From Puniceicoccaceae bacterium (GTDB lineage: Bacteria > Verrucomicrobiota > Verrucomicrobiia > Opitutales > Coraliomargaritaceae), in assembly GCA_003331195.1 (NCBI GenBank), contig QOOZ01000044.1:778-64777 (forward strand): a stretch of 64,000 nt of DNA, given 5' to 3'. Positions within the stretch are counted from its first letter, which is position 1, and each line of letters begins with the position of its first letter. Below, piece by piece: positions 44,995-56,165 of the stretch. Both the position numbers and the translations under genes were made by a program. The notes below the pieces were generated by a model. That model had not been told where the DNA came from, did not search any database, and saw only the letters and a program-made list of their open reading frames with translations.

Positions 44995-45603
44995 ATGAAG
45001 GAAATGCCAATATTTGAAGAAGTTTTTAATGGTCTGATCAGATTACCTGGATTTTGGGTAAAATTTTTAATTGGGGGCTTGCTGTCTTTTGTGCCAATTG
45101 TGAATATTTTTGCCTTTGGTTATCTGTATCGCTCATCGCGGTTGGTCCGCAAATCAGGCCAGCCCGCTTTACCTGCGTGGAACGACTGGTCGGGGCTCTT
45201 TCTCGATGGATTACGCTTCGCGGTCGTCTGGTTAGTCTTTTGGTTGCTGCCAATTTTGTTAGCGTCTTTGATCGCTTGGCTGATGCCTTTTGTTTACCTT
45301 GGGGCATTGAGTAGTATTTTCTTCCTAACATCAGTCCTCCTCTCAACGGTTCTCTTTAGTTCCGCACTTTACCGCTATAATATGCGAAGAAATTTTAAGG
45401 ACCTATTGGACCTATTGCTGATCTTTAGGATGACTGGGATGGAGATGCCTCGGTTGATTTTGCCTGGCTTTGCTTTCCTTGGTTTCCTCGTTTTGTTGCA
45501 ACCGTTCTATGGTTTTGCTATTTTTGGCGGTTTCCTTGTATTAATCACCTACACGAGTCTCCGCTTCCGTAGCATAGAGGGAAATCCATCTGTTTCTTTC
45601 TAA
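44995..45603 (+). CDS. DUF4013-like membrane protein
   Basis: KFLIGGLLSFVPIVN...GY, LPAWNDWSGLFLDGL. Confidence 0.75.
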   Translation: MKEMPIFEEVFNGLIRLPGFWVKFLIGGLLSFVPIVNIFAFGYLYRSSRLVRKSGQPALPAWNDWSGLFLDGLRFAVVWLVFWLLPILLASLIAWLMPFVYLGALSSIFFLTSVLLSTVLFSSALYRYNMRRNFKDLLDLLLIFRMTGMEMPRLILPGFAFLGFLVLLQPFYGFAIFGGFLVLITYTSLRFRSIEGNPSVSF

Positions 45604-45733
45604 TTTTTCTGAATCCTTATGGCGGCTATAAATACTGAAAAATCACCCGGTTACTTTGGCGTTTATTTCTGTGGAATGTTAGTTGCACTACACAGTGCAT
45701 TAATTGGTCTTTAATTTGCGCTAAGCGCTCATA

Positions 45734-46888
45734 ATGACAGCAAATATTGTCAGACGATTAGTCCTATTGCATCTAACTCTTTTCGCGAGTGGTGCGTTCG
45801 CTCAGCAATCAGTGTCGGGTTTACGCTCGTTGAGTAATAACCACTTCGATGTGATCGGCCTGCATATGCGCTCTGTCTCATATGTGAGCGATCTCAGCGC
45901 GTTTAGTGTGCAAATAGCTGAACGTTATCTCCCTCGAGAAGGTTTAACCTTTCCGTCAAACATTTTGATCAGCCTGAGACCTGGAGAGCATGCCGACTTT
46001 ATGGGAGATTACCGTATCCGCCTTGCCGAGCGTGGATCCATCCAAGTCGACCTACGTTGGGAAGATTCAATGACGCTCGAACGTAGCTGCTACGCAATTT
46101 CGGAAGCACTTTTAGTGCAGTATGCGATCTACAACTATGGCACCAAAGCCCCTGATAAGATACGTTCATGGACGATTGATGCCTTGGCGAACGAAGTATA
46201 CGTCTCGCTTCGTTCTGCGGAATTTGCAGATTTGTTGAAAGTGGCTCAAGAGATGGATGTCCCGCAATTAACTGAGATCCTCGAGCCTTCACGCTCTGCA
46301 ATTGCAGTCCCAAGCGCTGCAGGCTATTGGCTACTGCAAACTATGAAATCGAGCACTTTTGAGCGCTCCGCCTTGCGAAGCTTATTCCAGCAAGCAATTG
46401 CCGGTGTCGATATTGAGGAGTCGCTTACCGCTATTATACAGGTGAGCCAACCGACTGCGGAATTTTTACCCGCCCAAACTTGGTGGGTGCAGCAGTTGAG
46501 TCTCATATTTGGTCAAGAATACGAAGTCGTGGAAACGATGAAAGTCTCGCGCGACTGGTTGGCCAAATTGGGGCGCTTTGATGCACCGCTCAAGATAGGG
46601 TTACAGCCTGCAAATGAGGAGTTAAAGCTGGATTTACGTGCTATTTGGACACATCGGATGATGCCCAAGGTGCAAGAACTAGTGCAAGCTCGCTACGAAA
46701 TCCTTCGCCTACGAATGACTCGTGTTAACCCTGCCTACTACAACTCAGCACTTTCTTTGGGCGAGCTCTTCGAGGGTATTTTAAATGATGAGTCGTCTTA
46801 TAAATATCTCCATTCGCTCACAATGTATCTTAGTGAGTGGGTAGATGCCAAAGAGATGCAGGATTCGTTGGAAAATATCCTAGATTAA
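45734..46888 (+). CDS. Hypothetical exported protein
   Basis: 384-aa ORF with signal peptide ending GAFA. Confidence 0.75.
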   Translation: MTANIVRRLVLLHLTLFASGAFAQQSVSGLRSLSNNHFDVIGLHMRSVSYVSDLSAFSVQIAERYLPREGLTFPSNILISLRPGEHADFMGDYRIRLAERGSIQVDLRWEDSMTLERSCYAISEALLVQYAIYNYGTKAPDKIRSWTIDALANEVYVSLRSAEFADLLKVAQEMDVPQLTEILEPSRSAIAVPSAAGYWLLQTMKSSTFERSALRSLFQQAIAGVDIEESLTAIIQVSQPTAEFLPAQTWWVQQLSLIFGQEYEVVETMKVSRDWLAKLGRFDAPLKIGLQPANEELKLDLRAIWTHRMMPKVQELVQARYEILRLRMTRVNPAYYNSALSLGELFEGILNDESSYKYLHSLTMYLSEWVDAKEMQDSLENILD

Positions 46889-47037
46889 TTTAATTACCTT
46901 AGTCCTTCTATTATAGTGAATTAAGGTAAAAATTAGATCTTCGTGATAAAAAACTACAAAAAATTGAACGCAGATACAAGTGGTGCGTCTATGTTAATAT
47001 AAAATTTTGCAGTTTTTTATTGTTTGTTGTTTATAGT

Positions 47038-47071
47038 GCGCCGCTCCTCTTTTGGGGCGGCGTTCTTTTTT
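47038..47071 (+). terminator. Rho-independent terminator upstream of ilvE
   Basis: GCGCCGCTCC-loop-GGGGCGGCGT followed by TCTTTTTT. Confidence 0.8.
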
Positions 47072-47177
47072 GCCAGTTCTTCTCCGAATAGCTGGCGTTG
47101 ACTTGCTGGTATGTTGTTACGTAAATCTCACATGTGGACTAGACAAAACCACATCAGCGCTCAATATCGCGATCTTT

Positions 47178-48044
47178 ATGAAAATTTATTTAAATGATCA
47201 ATTAGTCGATGCCTCCGAGGCCAAGGTCTCTGTATTCGATCACGGGCTACTCTATGGGGACGGTATTTTTGAAGGAATCCGCCTCTACAATGGCTGCGTT
47301 TTCAAACTAGAAGAGCACCTCGAACGCCTTGAATACTCGGCTAAGTCGATCATGTTGGACATGCCTTGGACACGTCAGCAAATCTCAGACGCCGTTTGCG
47401 AAACCTGCCGTGCTAATGGTCTTAATGACGGCTACATTCGCCTTGTCGTCACACGAGGTATTGGTAGCCTTGGTTTATCTATCAGAAATTGCGACAAGCC
47501 ACAACTCATCGTAATCGCAGATACAATTCAACTTTACCCACAAGAGTTTTACGATAACGGTCTTGCCATTATAACTGTACCGACTCGCCGTTGTAATCCA
47601 GCCGCGCTGCCACCCACTGTTAAGTCGCTTAATTATTTGAACAATATTCTTGCCAAGATTGAGGCGCAACACCTCGGCTATCATGAGGCAATCATGCTTA
47701 ACGATCAAGGCTATGTCGCTGAATGTACTGGAGACAACATATTCACCATTCACAAGGGTGAGCTCATCACGCCATCCGCTAGTTCTGGTGCCCTCAAGGG
47801 CATCACTCGAGATACTACTTTGGAGATCGCTGACGAAATTGGTATTCCATGGCGTGAGGCCAACATGACCCGTTACGACGTTTGGGTGGCAGACGAACTT
47901 TTTCTAACTGGAACAGCTGCCGAGATAGTCCCAATCGTAGAGGTTGACGCCCGCAAGATAGGTGATGGCAAGCCCGGCAAGATCACGGCTAAATTCCTCG
48001 AAGCCTTCCGCAGCCGAGCGTGCCTAGAGGGCACAATGATCTAG
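47178..48044 (+). CDS. ilvE: Branched-chain amino acid aminotransferase
   Basis: DHGLLYGDGIFEG, KSLNY (PLP Lys), ECTGDN, GITR, FLTGTAAE. Confidence 0.95.
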   Translation: MKIYLNDQLVDASEAKVSVFDHGLLYGDGIFEGIRLYNGCVFKLEEHLERLEYSAKSIMLDMPWTRQQISDAVCETCRANGLNDGYIRLVVTRGIGSLGLSIRNCDKPQLIVIADTIQLYPQEFYDNGLAIITVPTRRCNPAALPPTVKSLNYLNNILAKIEAQHLGYHEAIMLNDQGYVAECTGDNIFTIHKGELITPSASSGALKGITRDTTLEIADEIGIPWREANMTRYDVWVADELFLTGTAAEIVPIVEVDARKIGDGKPGKITAKFLEAFRSRACLEGTMI

Positions 48045-48179
48045 CAGTCTAATCGGCGATTAGCGCAATCTTTACAAACCGAAGTCGAAATTAAGTTTCT
48101 CAACTATTACTCATGATTGTTCTGGAATAAAATGCGCTTTAGTTTTGCGATTTTGGCAGGAACCGATATTCTAATTTCT

Positions 48180-48686
48180 ATGGCTGAAAATTTAAATTGT
48201 AGTTATTGCAATAAACCCGCGACCGTTCACCTGACACAGATCGTCAACAACAAGATCATCAAGGTTGATCTTTGTGAGTCCTGTGCGCAGGCCAAGGGTG
48301 TCACCGACTCTGAGGGTTACTCCCTTACAGATCTTCTATCAAAGACAAATCTTAGCCCTGAAAAGGGCGAGCCTCAGATCACTTGTCCAGATTGTGAACT
48401 GAGTACTGCGGACTTTCGTCGAACAGGTAGACTTGGTTGTGCAAGCTGCTACCAGAACTTCGTGTCCTTGCTAAAACCAGTTTTAGAGGACATGCACGCT
48501 GGCACCGCACACAAGGGTAAGATCCCCTACCTTGCGCTTTCTCGGCAGACTAGCATGGCCAAGTTAAATAGTCTTGAAAATGCTCTTCACAGGGCCATTT
48601 CCGAGGAAGCTTACGAAGACGCAGCTAGATTCCGCGACGAAATCCAAGCATACAAAGAACACGTCGAATCTGAAGCTGTCCGGTAA
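48180..48686 (+). CDS. mcsA: McsA (CxxC zinc fingers plus UVR domain), activator of McsB
   Basis: Four CxxC motifs, GRLGC..CY, HKGKIP, EAYEDAARFRD. Confidence 0.92.
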   Translation: MAENLNCSYCNKPATVHLTQIVNNKIIKVDLCESCAQAKGVTDSEGYSLTDLLSKTNLSPEKGEPQITCPDCELSTADFRRTGRLGCASCYQNFVSLLKPVLEDMHAGTAHKGKIPYLALSRQTSMAKLNSLENALHRAISEEAYEDAARFRDEIQAYKEHVESEAVR

Positions 48687-49774
48687 TGATTGAGTCCCTT
48701 CTAAAGGCCGATAAAGCTGAACTCACCCAAAGCACCAAAAAGGGTGCGCCTGTAGTACTCAGCACGCGCTTGCGTTTGGCTCGTAATTTAGTGGATGTTC
48801 CATTCCCTGAACGTGCCAACAATTCACAGCGTACTGACGTTATGACAAGGTGTGCCGATCAAATCGGCGAACTTACGCAAATGAAGCACGGTGCTTTTTT
48901 TGATATAGCCGGACTTTCTGACCTTGAAAGACAAGTTCTCGTCGAACGTCACCTCATCAGTCGGGAACTTTGCGAGTCTCAATCTGGCTCCGGCGTTTTC
49001 ATCAATAAAGATCAGACTTGCTCTATTATGATCAACGAGGAGGACCATCTTCGCATACAATTCCTGAAGACAGGCTTCAGCTTGCGTTCCGTCTGGAAGC
49101 AAATCAATCGGTTCGATTCTAGTTTAGAAAATGGCCTCGACCTCGCCTTCTCGTCAGAGTTTGGCTATCTCACGGCTTGCCCGACAAACTTAGGCACTGG
49201 CCTGCGTGCCTCCGTCATGCTGCATCTCCCTGGCCTCGTCATTTCCGAGCATATGGATAAGGTTATTCGTGCGGTTAACCAGCTCGGTATTACCGTGCGT
49301 GGCCTCTTCGGAGAGGGCTCTGATGCGACCGGCCACGTTTTTCAAATATCCAATCAGCAAACCCTAGGTGAGAGTGAAGGTGAAATAATGACTCGTCTAG
49401 GCAGCGTATTCAAGACCATCATTGATCACGAAATTAATGCTCGTTTTAAGTACATTGAAAAGAATCGCGCTCGCTTGCTCGACCAAATCGGCCGGGCTTT
49501 TGGAGCTTTACAAAATGCCCATGTAATCAATTCGAATGAGGCCATGAATCTGCTCTCTTTTATGCGTTTAGCCGTCGATCTCGAGATGTTGCCTGAAGTA
49601 AATCGCTCCGATGTCGATAGGTTATTCATTGAGTGCCAGCCGGGTCATATTCAATACGCCGCAGGTGAGGGCATCGAGCCTGATGCCCGTGACCTTTGCC
49701 GCGCGGATATCCTGCGCGAAGAATTTCTTCGATTACCCGCACTTGATTTTGACAAGGTTAATAAACTCGTTTAG
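48686..49774 (+). CDS. mcsB: Protein-arginine kinase
   Basis: STRLRLARN, LVERHLIS, NEEDH, ACPTNLGTG, QISNQ. Confidence 0.95.
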   Translation: MIESLLKADKAELTQSTKKGAPVVLSTRLRLARNLVDVPFPERANNSQRTDVMTRCADQIGELTQMKHGAFFDIAGLSDLERQVLVERHLISRELCESQSGSGVFINKDQTCSIMINEEDHLRIQFLKTGFSLRSVWKQINRFDSSLENGLDLAFSSEFGYLTACPTNLGTGLRASVMLHLPGLVISEHMDKVIRAVNQLGITVRGLFGEGSDATGHVFQISNQQTLGESEGEIMTRLGSVFKTIIDHEINARFKYIEKNRARLLDQIGRAFGALQNAHVINSNEAMNLLSFMRLAVDLEMLPEVNRSDVDRLFIECQPGHIQYAAGEGIEPDARDLCRADILREEFLRLPALDFDKVNKLV

Positions 49775-49792
49775 CTTTAAATAAGCAAAATT

Positions 49793-52279
49793 ATGGAACC
49801 TATGAACAACTTCACTCCACGCGCACAACAAGTTTTGGCGCTCGCTCGTAAAGAAGCCGATCGTTTCCATCACAACTACGTTGGGACCGAGCATCTTTTA
49901 CTCGGTCTGATTAACCTTGGACAAGGAGTTGCCGTTAATGTGCTCCAAAAAATGGGTCTCGATCTTCAGACCGTGCGAGCAGCCGTCGAAAAACAGGTCG
50001 GAAAAGGTCCCGAGAGTAAGCCTTCAGGCAACATACCCTACACACCACGAGTGAAAAAGGTGCTGGCACTCTCTGGTAAAGAGGCGAAAGCGCTGAACCA
50101 CTCCTATGTCGGCACAGAGCACATACTTCTAGGTCTCCTACGCGAAGGCGAGGGCGTCGCAGCGCGTGTACTCAAATCCCTCGACGTCGATATCGAGCGT
50201 TGCCGAAATGAAATCCTCGCAGAACTTGATCCAAACTTTTCTGGTGAGACTGGAGAGGCAACAGCGGCAGGCTCTAACCCTGGTAGTCTCGATGATAAAA
50301 AGGATAGTAAGACGCCTGCTCTGAAGGCATTCGGTCGTGATCTCACCGCACTCGCTAAAAATGGTGAACTCGACCCAGTGATAGGCCGCAGTGAAGAAAT
50401 TCGCCGTGTTGTGCAGATTCTCTGCCGTCGGACTAAAAATAACCCGGTGCTCATCGGTGAAGCCGGTGTCGGTAAGACGGCCATCATCGAAGGTCTTGCT
50501 CAAGAAATTTCCTCTGGTATCGTGCCCGAAATCTTAGCGGACAAACGTCTGATAACTCTCGACTTGGCTTTAATGGTGGCTGGGACCAAGTATCGAGGTC
50601 AATTTGAAGAACGTATTAAGGCAGTCATGGATGAAATCCGCCGTGCCAAGAATGTCATCATCTTTATTGACGAGCTTCACACGATTGTTGGTGCGGGCGC
50701 GGCCGAGGGTGCCATGGACGCGTCTAACATTTTTAAGCCTGCGCTCAGTCGCGGCGAGCTACAATGCATAGGTGCCACCACTTTGGCCGAATACCGTAAA
50801 TACATCGAAAAAGACAGTGCGCTCGACCGTCGCTTTCAGTCCGTCAAGGTTGAAGCCCCCTCCGTTGAAGACACAGTTCTTATTCTCAAAGGCATACGCA
50901 GCAGATACGAGGATCACCATAAAGTCGAATTCACAGATTGTGCACTTGCGGCGGCAGCTAAGCTTTCCGAGCGCTACATCACCTCGCGCTTCCTCCCCGA
51001 TAAGGCGATCGACATCCTCGATGAGGCCGGTGCCCGTGCTCGTATTGAATCACTCAAACAGCCACCCGAGTTTGATGCTATGACCGATGAGATAGATGAG
51101 GTCTGTGCTAAGAAAGAAGATGCCATTGCTAAGCAAAACTTCGAGGGTGCTGCCAAATATCGCGACGAAGAGAAACAACTACGCAAAAAGCGAGCCGTCG
51201 TGATCGATGATTGGAAGAAAACTCGCGAAGAGAACCGCCTCGTCGTCGACGAAGAGGAAATGCTACAAGTTGTTGCTGCCTGGACAGGAATACCACTCTC
51301 TAAAATGGAAGAGGCCGAGAGTAAGAAACTCCTTAATCTCGAAGACGAACTACAAAACGAAGTGATTGGTCAGACGGTGGCAACAGAAGTCATTTCTAAA
51401 GCCCTTCGCCGCTCTCGCGCTGATCTCAAAGACCCTAAACGTCCAATAGGCTCCTTTATGTTTCTTGGACCTACGGGTGTGGGTAAGACACTACTTGCCA
51501 AGGTTTTGGCTGAAGAGATGTTTGGCGACAAGGATGCTATCATTCAGATCGATATGTCTGAATACATGGAAAAATTTGCCGTCTCTCGCCTCGTAGGTTC
51601 GCCCCCAGGCTACGTCGGTTACGAAGAGGGTGGTCAACTGACCGAAGCCGTCCGCCGCAAGCCTTACTCAGTCGTACTTTTCGACGAAATTGAGAAAGCA
51701 CACCCGGACGTCGTTCAATTGCTCCTTCAAGTGCTCGAAGAAGGCCGATTAACCGACAGCCTAGGTCGCAAGATCGATTTCCGTAACACCATTTTGATTA
51801 TGACTTCTAACGTAGGCGCGGACATCCTCCAGCGCAATACTTCAATGGGCTTCGGAATCGAGGGAAATGCTGAGAACGAGTATGAAAAAATCCGTGAAAA
51901 GATCCTTGATGAGACTAAGCGGGTCTTCAAGCCCGAGTTCCTTAATCGCCTCAACGACCTAGTAATATTCAAACCACTCGCTCGCGAGGATATGACTGAG
52001 ATCGTCGACTTAGAACTACGAAATGTTTCCACTCGCCTCAAAGAACGCAACTTAACATTCGAATTTTCTGAAGAGTGCAAAGACTTCTTGATCGATAAAG
52101 GCTACGACGAGAAATATGGGGCACGACCACTACGTCGCGCTGTCGAAAAATATTTAGAAGACTCCCTCGCTGAAGCCTTACTCTCTGGAGAGATCAAGCC
52201 AGGCGAGGTCATTAAGGTCACTGTTGACTCAGAAGCCGAGGGCCTCGAATTCCAGCAGGATCAGCCCGTTTCTTCGTAG
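49793..52279 (+). CDS. clpC: ATP-dependent Clp protease ATPase subunit ClpC
   Basis: Double Clp-N repeat, [11 protein letters not shown] middle domain, [11 protein letters not shown] ClpP-docking loop. Confidence 0.97.
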   Translation: MEPMNNFTPRAQQVLALARKEADRFHHNYVGTEHLLLGLINLGQGVAVNVLQKMGLDLQTVRAAVEKQVGKGPESKPSGNIPYTPRVKKVLALSGKEAKALNHSYVGTEHILLGLLREGEGVAARVLKSLDVDIERCRNEILAELDPNFSGETGEATAAGSNPGSLDDKKDSKTPALKAFGRDLTALAKNGELDPVIGRSEEIRRVVQILCRRTKNNPVLIGEAGVGKTAIIEGLAQEISSGIVPEILADKRLITLDLALMVAGTKYRGQFEERIKAVMDEIRRAKNVIIFIDELHTIVGAGAAEGAMDASNIFKPALSRGELQCIGATTLAEYRKYIEKDSALDRRFQSVKVEAPSVEDTVLILKGIRSRYEDHHKVEFTDCALAAAAKLSERYITSRFLPDKAIDILDEAGARARIESLKQPPEFDAMTDEIDEVCAKKEDAIAKQNFEGAAKYRDEEKQLRKKRAVVIDDWKKTREENRLVVDEEEMLQVVAAWTGIPLSKMEEAESKKLLNLEDELQNEVIGQTVATEVISKALRRSRADLKDPKRPIGSFMFLGPTGVGKTLLAKVLAEEMFGDKDAIIQIDMSEYMEKFAVSRLVGSPPGYVGYEEGGQLTEAVRRKPYSVVLFDEIEKAHPDVVQLLLQVLEEGRLTDSLGRKIDFRNTILIMTSNVGADILQRNTSMGFGIEGNAENEYEKIREKILDETKRVFKPEFLNRLNDLVIFKPLAREDMTEIVDLELRNVSTRLKERNLTFEFSEECKDFLIDKGYDEKYGARPLRRAVEKYLEDSLAEALLSGEIKPGEVIKVTVDSEAEGLEFQQDQPVSS

Positions 52280-52611
52280 CGAAGATATTCTTCTCACGCT
52301 TCCTCCGGTGCAGTGAGTGTTTTGATCTGAAGGGTTTGTTGTTCTTATCAAGAATGTTTGTAGTGTAATAGACACTACTAATTATGTAATTTGGCGTCTA
52401 CCTCCTATTCCTCAGACAGTGGTGTTTGATTGCATGTCGGTTCATTTCTGAGCCAGGCCTGCTTACTTCGCCTAGACTGGCAGAAATAGTTTAATGCCTG
52501 AACAGCTGTAAGTTCGTCGCCTTTGGCATTGACCTCATTCAGGTAGAGAATTGACTATTTAAAAGAGATAGCTTGCGCTTTCGTATTAAGCCAAAATCCC
52601 CTAAAGCTAAC

Positions 52612-54576
52612 ATGACCAGTGATAATTCTTCTATGGAGTCGGTTTCGCATGAGCACCGTAAATTCGCTCCTCCCTCTGAGTTTGTCGATGCGGCTCATAT
52701 TAGTGGTGATTTGGCCTACAGGGCGCTCTACAAGAAAAGTGTTCAAGATCCCGAAGCCTTTTGGGCAGAAGCGGCTGGAGAGCTGCATTGGTTTAAGAAG
52801 TGGGACACGGTGCTCGACGACTCTGATGCGCCATTTTTCAGATGGTTTGATGGAAGCCGCACAAATCTCTCTTACAATTGCCTCGATCGTCACATCGATG
52901 CGGGGAGGGGAGATAAGATCGCCATCCACTGGGAGGGCGAACCTGGGGATTCGCGCGACATCAGCTACGCGCAGCTCCATCTGGAGGTTTGCCGCCTGGC
53001 TAATGCCTTGAAATCACGCGGTGTGCAAAAGGGCGACCGGATCGCAGTCTATCTACCGATGATTCCTGAGTTGGCTGTTGCTGTCCTAGCTTGTGCGCGT
53101 ATCGGCGCTGTGCACTCGGTCATTTTTGCGGGTTTTTCAGCCGATTCAATTCGTGACCGCGTGCTCGATAGTGAGACGCGAATGGTTATCACGGCTGACG
53201 GTGGCTACCGCCGTGGGAAGATGCTGGAGCTTAAAAGCATTGTTGATGAAGGCGTAGCGAATTGCGACTGCGTGAAGGATGTCATCGTGGTTAAACGAGG
53301 CAACGACCATCCGGTTGTTTGTTCGATGGTAGATGGCCGTGACAGATGGTATCATGATCTCGTCGCTCATATGGATGACCATTGCCCCGCCGAGGAAATG
53401 GAAGCGGAAGATTTGCTGTTCCTGCTTTACACAAGTGGTACGACGGGGAAGCCAAAAGGCATCATGCACACCACAGCGGGCTACCAAGTATTTAGCTACC
53501 TTACCTCGAAGTATATTTTCGACCTCAAGCAAGACGATGTTTATTGGTGTACTGCTGATGTGGGTTGGATTACAGGACACACTTACATTGTCTATGGCAT
53601 TATGCAGAACGGCGTCACTCAAGTGATGTATGAAGGTGCTCCAAATTATCCTGACGAAGGGCGCTTTTGGGAAATTATTGAAAAGTATAAAGTTTCCATC
53701 TTCTACACCGCACCGACTGCGATCCGTGCGTTTATGAAGTGGGGCGATGATTGGGTTACGGGTAAGGATATTTCCTCGCTTCGTCTACTCGGCACAGTTG
53801 GTGAACCGATTAACCCAGAAGCTTGGATATGGTATCACAAACTGATTGGTGCAGAGCGTTGTCCGATCGTGGATACATGGTGGCAGACCGAAACGGGTGG
53901 GCACATGCTCTCACCAATGCCGGGTGCGACCGCGACGAAGCCTGGTTGCGCTACAGTTCCTTTTTTTGGGATCGAGCCAGTGATCTTAGCAGATGATGGT
54001 AGCGAAGTCGAAGCAGGCATTCTAGCTATCAAGAAACCATGGCCCGGTATGCTGCGTGGTATTTATGGCGACCCACAGCGTTTTAAAGATACCTACTGGT
54101 GTAAGTGGGGTGGTAAATATTATTTCCCTGGGGACGGTGCACGCCGCGACGCGGATGGTTATATTTGGATTCTAGGTCGTGTGGACGATGTGGTCAACGT
54201 ATCGGGTCACCGTATCGGCACTGCTGAGTTGGAAAGTGTCTTCGTCGAGCACAAGGACGTGGCCGAATCTGCAGTGGTCGGTATTTCCCACGAGATTAAG
54301 GGTCAGGGGCTAGTTGCCTTTGTCACTGTGATTGATGGTCGCGATCAAGACGATCTTCTCCGTAAGGAACTCGTCGCAATGATCGACAAGGGGATCGGGA
54401 AGTTTGCTCGGCCTGAACGTGTTCTCTTTTCTTCGGATTTACCTAAAACACGTTCTGGTAAGATTATGCGTAGGATTCTACGTGACATCGCCGAGGGCAA
54501 AGAGTTGGGCAATGTAACGACTTTGGCTGATCCAACTGTGGTCGAAGAGTTGCAGAAACAGTATTTGGATACCTAA
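52612..54576 (+). CDS. acs: Acetyl-CoA synthetase
   Basis: YTSGTTGKPKG, WITGH, DTWWQTE, PKTRSGKIMRR. Confidence 0.97.
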   Translation: MTSDNSSMESVSHEHRKFAPPSEFVDAAHISGDLAYRALYKKSVQDPEAFWAEAAGELHWFKKWDTVLDDSDAPFFRWFDGSRTNLSYNCLDRHIDAGRGDKIAIHWEGEPGDSRDISYAQLHLEVCRLANALKSRGVQKGDRIAVYLPMIPELAVAVLACARIGAVHSVIFAGFSADSIRDRVLDSETRMVITADGGYRRGKMLELKSIVDEGVANCDCVKDVIVVKRGNDHPVVCSMVDGRDRWYHDLVAHMDDHCPAEEMEAEDLLFLLYTSGTTGKPKGIMHTTAGYQVFSYLTSKYIFDLKQDDVYWCTADVGWITGHTYIVYGIMQNGVTQVMYEGAPNYPDEGRFWEIIEKYKVSIFYTAPTAIRAFMKWGDDWVTGKDISSLRLLGTVGEPINPEAWIWYHKLIGAERCPIVDTWWQTETGGHMLSPMPGATATKPGCATVPFFGIEPVILADDGSEVEAGILAIKKPWPGMLRGIYGDPQRFKDTYWCKWGGKYYFPGDGARRDADGYIWILGRVDDVVNVSGHRIGTAELESVFVEHKDVAESAVVGISHEIKGQGLVAFVTVIDGRDQDDLLRKELVAMIDKGIGKFARPERVLFSSDLPKTRSGKIMRRILRDIAEGKELGNVTTLADPTVVEELQKQYLDT

Positions 54577-54642
54577 AACGAGGCAAATCAACAGCGATAT
54601 TCGCTTCGTTATTGAGATACACTTCCTAGCTAAATGGGATAA

Positions 54643-55452
54643 TCATTTCGAACCAGTATCACTGCTGTCGACTTCTTTTGGTTCTGCGCTGTGAAGTATA
54701 TTTTCGAGTTCCAGGCCAGTCATGCTTTTAATGCCTTTGAGCAGTTGCATCAGTGTGAGCATCATAATTACCATGCTTGGGATCGCTATGACTGGCCAAC
54801 TCCAAGCCATCATTTTACTCACCTCGGAATTAAAAGCATCACTGCCACTGGGACTGACTACGATCCAGCGAGCGAGAAAGTAGTTTAAAATACCACTTAG
54901 TAAAAAAGAGGCCGCCAGCATCCATGTGCAGCGTACAAGTAAACGATCAAAGGCGCTGACTGAATCGTGCGTGACGAGGGCGGAATGTACCTTATCTACA
55001 TTAATAAGCTCGGGGTTGTAGAGAAGCGTACGAATAAGGGGGTAGGGTGTTTTTAAGGAAACCAGCACGGCAAAGCCCAGTAGAAGTGGGATGGCAGCCT
55101 CCTTGACCGCGAACCATTCAGTTGGAATCTTTAGGATTCCAATGCCTCCAGTCAAAAGAACACTGATCAAACCAAGGATCGAAAAAACGTTATACTTCGA
55201 GCGTTTAAGATAGTCGTAGAAGAAGTAGCCGACAGGAAAGGCAATCGCAAGGAGAAGCACGCCTACCGCTACATTATCGAAGTAGGGTTCAAGGTGGGAA
55301 CCGAACCATTGCTTACCCTTGTTGAGTAGTAAGATTGGTAGGATCAGGTTGAAACCTAGGTTCAGGAAAGTATTTTCCTTCCCGGCGTCCTTTTTTTTAG
55401 GCGGTTCTGAATTATCAGAAATAGACGAGTTGATGGGTTGCAGATCAGGCAT
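54643..55452 (-). CDS. VC0807-family membrane protein
   Basis: [42 protein letters not shown]; start at 55452 (or 55479). Confidence 0.75.
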   Translation of the reverse strand: MPDLQPINSSISDNSEPPKKKDAGKENTFLNLGFNLILPILLLNKGKQWFGSHLEPYFDNVAVGVLLLAIAFPVGYFFYDYLKRSKYNVFSILGLISVLLTGGIGILKIPTEWFAVKEAAIPLLLGFAVLVSLKTPYPLIRTLLYNPELINVDKVHSALVTHDSVSAFDRLLVRCTWMLAASFLLSGILNYFLARWIVVSPSGSDAFNSEVSKMMAWSWPVIAIPSMVIMMLTLMQLLKGIKSMTGLELENILHSAEPKEVDSSDTGSK

Positions 55453-55477
55453 GAGATCGTTTAGAGTTTTAATGCTC

Positions 55478-56125
55478 ATGTCGAACGCAAGCTCTATTCG
55501 TTGTCTTATTACTGCGGGTCCCACCCGTGAGCATATCGATCCGGTACGATATATCAGTAATCCTTCGACCGGGAAAATGGGCTTTTCCATTGCCCAAGCC
55601 GCTATTGAGGCTGGCTGGAACGTTGATCTTGTGGCTGGTCCTGTCGATCTAGAAGAACCAATTGGCGCCATCTTCTACCCGGTTATGACCGCCGAAGAAA
55701 TGCTACATCAGGTAGATGCGCTCTTCGATGCTTGTGATATCCTCATTATGACGGCGGCGGTCAGCGACTTTCGCCCCGTTATTCAGCACACTCAAAAAGA
55801 AAAGAAGGGTGAGGCTTCCATGAATATTGAGTTTGAACGCACCACGGACATCCTGAAAGCTATGTCCGACCGTAAAGCGCACCAGACAGTAGTCGGCTTT
55901 GCTGCTGAAACAAAGGATGTGGTCACTTATGCCAAGGAAAAGCTAGCATCCAAGAACCTAGACTTCATTGTAGCTAATGAAGTTGGCAGAGTAGGATCAG
56001 GATTCGCTGCGGATTCAAACGAAGTACTTCTCATCGCTGCCGACGGAACTTCCATCAAACTAGGTCCCTCCACTAAGTCGGTCATTGCAGAAGAATTGAT
56101 ACAACTCGTTGCGCCCACGAAATGA
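55478..56125 (+). CDS. coaB: Stand-alone phosphopantothenate--cysteine ligase
   Basis: [39 protein letters not shown]; no CoaC domain. Confidence 0.92.
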   Translation: MSNASSIRCLITAGPTREHIDPVRYISNPSTGKMGFSIAQAAIEAGWNVDLVAGPVDLEEPIGAIFYPVMTAEEMLHQVDALFDACDILIMTAAVSDFRPVIQHTQKEKKGEASMNIEFERTTDILKAMSDRKAHQTVVGFAAETKDVVTYAKEKLASKNLDFIVANEVGRVGSGFAADSNEVLLIAADGTSIKLGPSTKSVIAEELIQLVAPTK

Positions 56126-56165
56126 TGGCTTCTACCTTTTAACTTTTATATTTTAACTTCTTCTA

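Noticed and set aside
45619-45714. 31-aa ORF MAAINTEKSPGYFGVYFCGMLVALHSALIGL between DUF4013 and the next gene
   Set aside because: Could be a smORF, but there is no supporting signal beyond mild hydrophobicity
52280-52570. Start-less ~49-codon minus-strand frame and a GTAGTGT/ACACTAC hairpin between clpC and acs
   Set aside because: No identifiable parent gene, so a pseudogene call is not supportable
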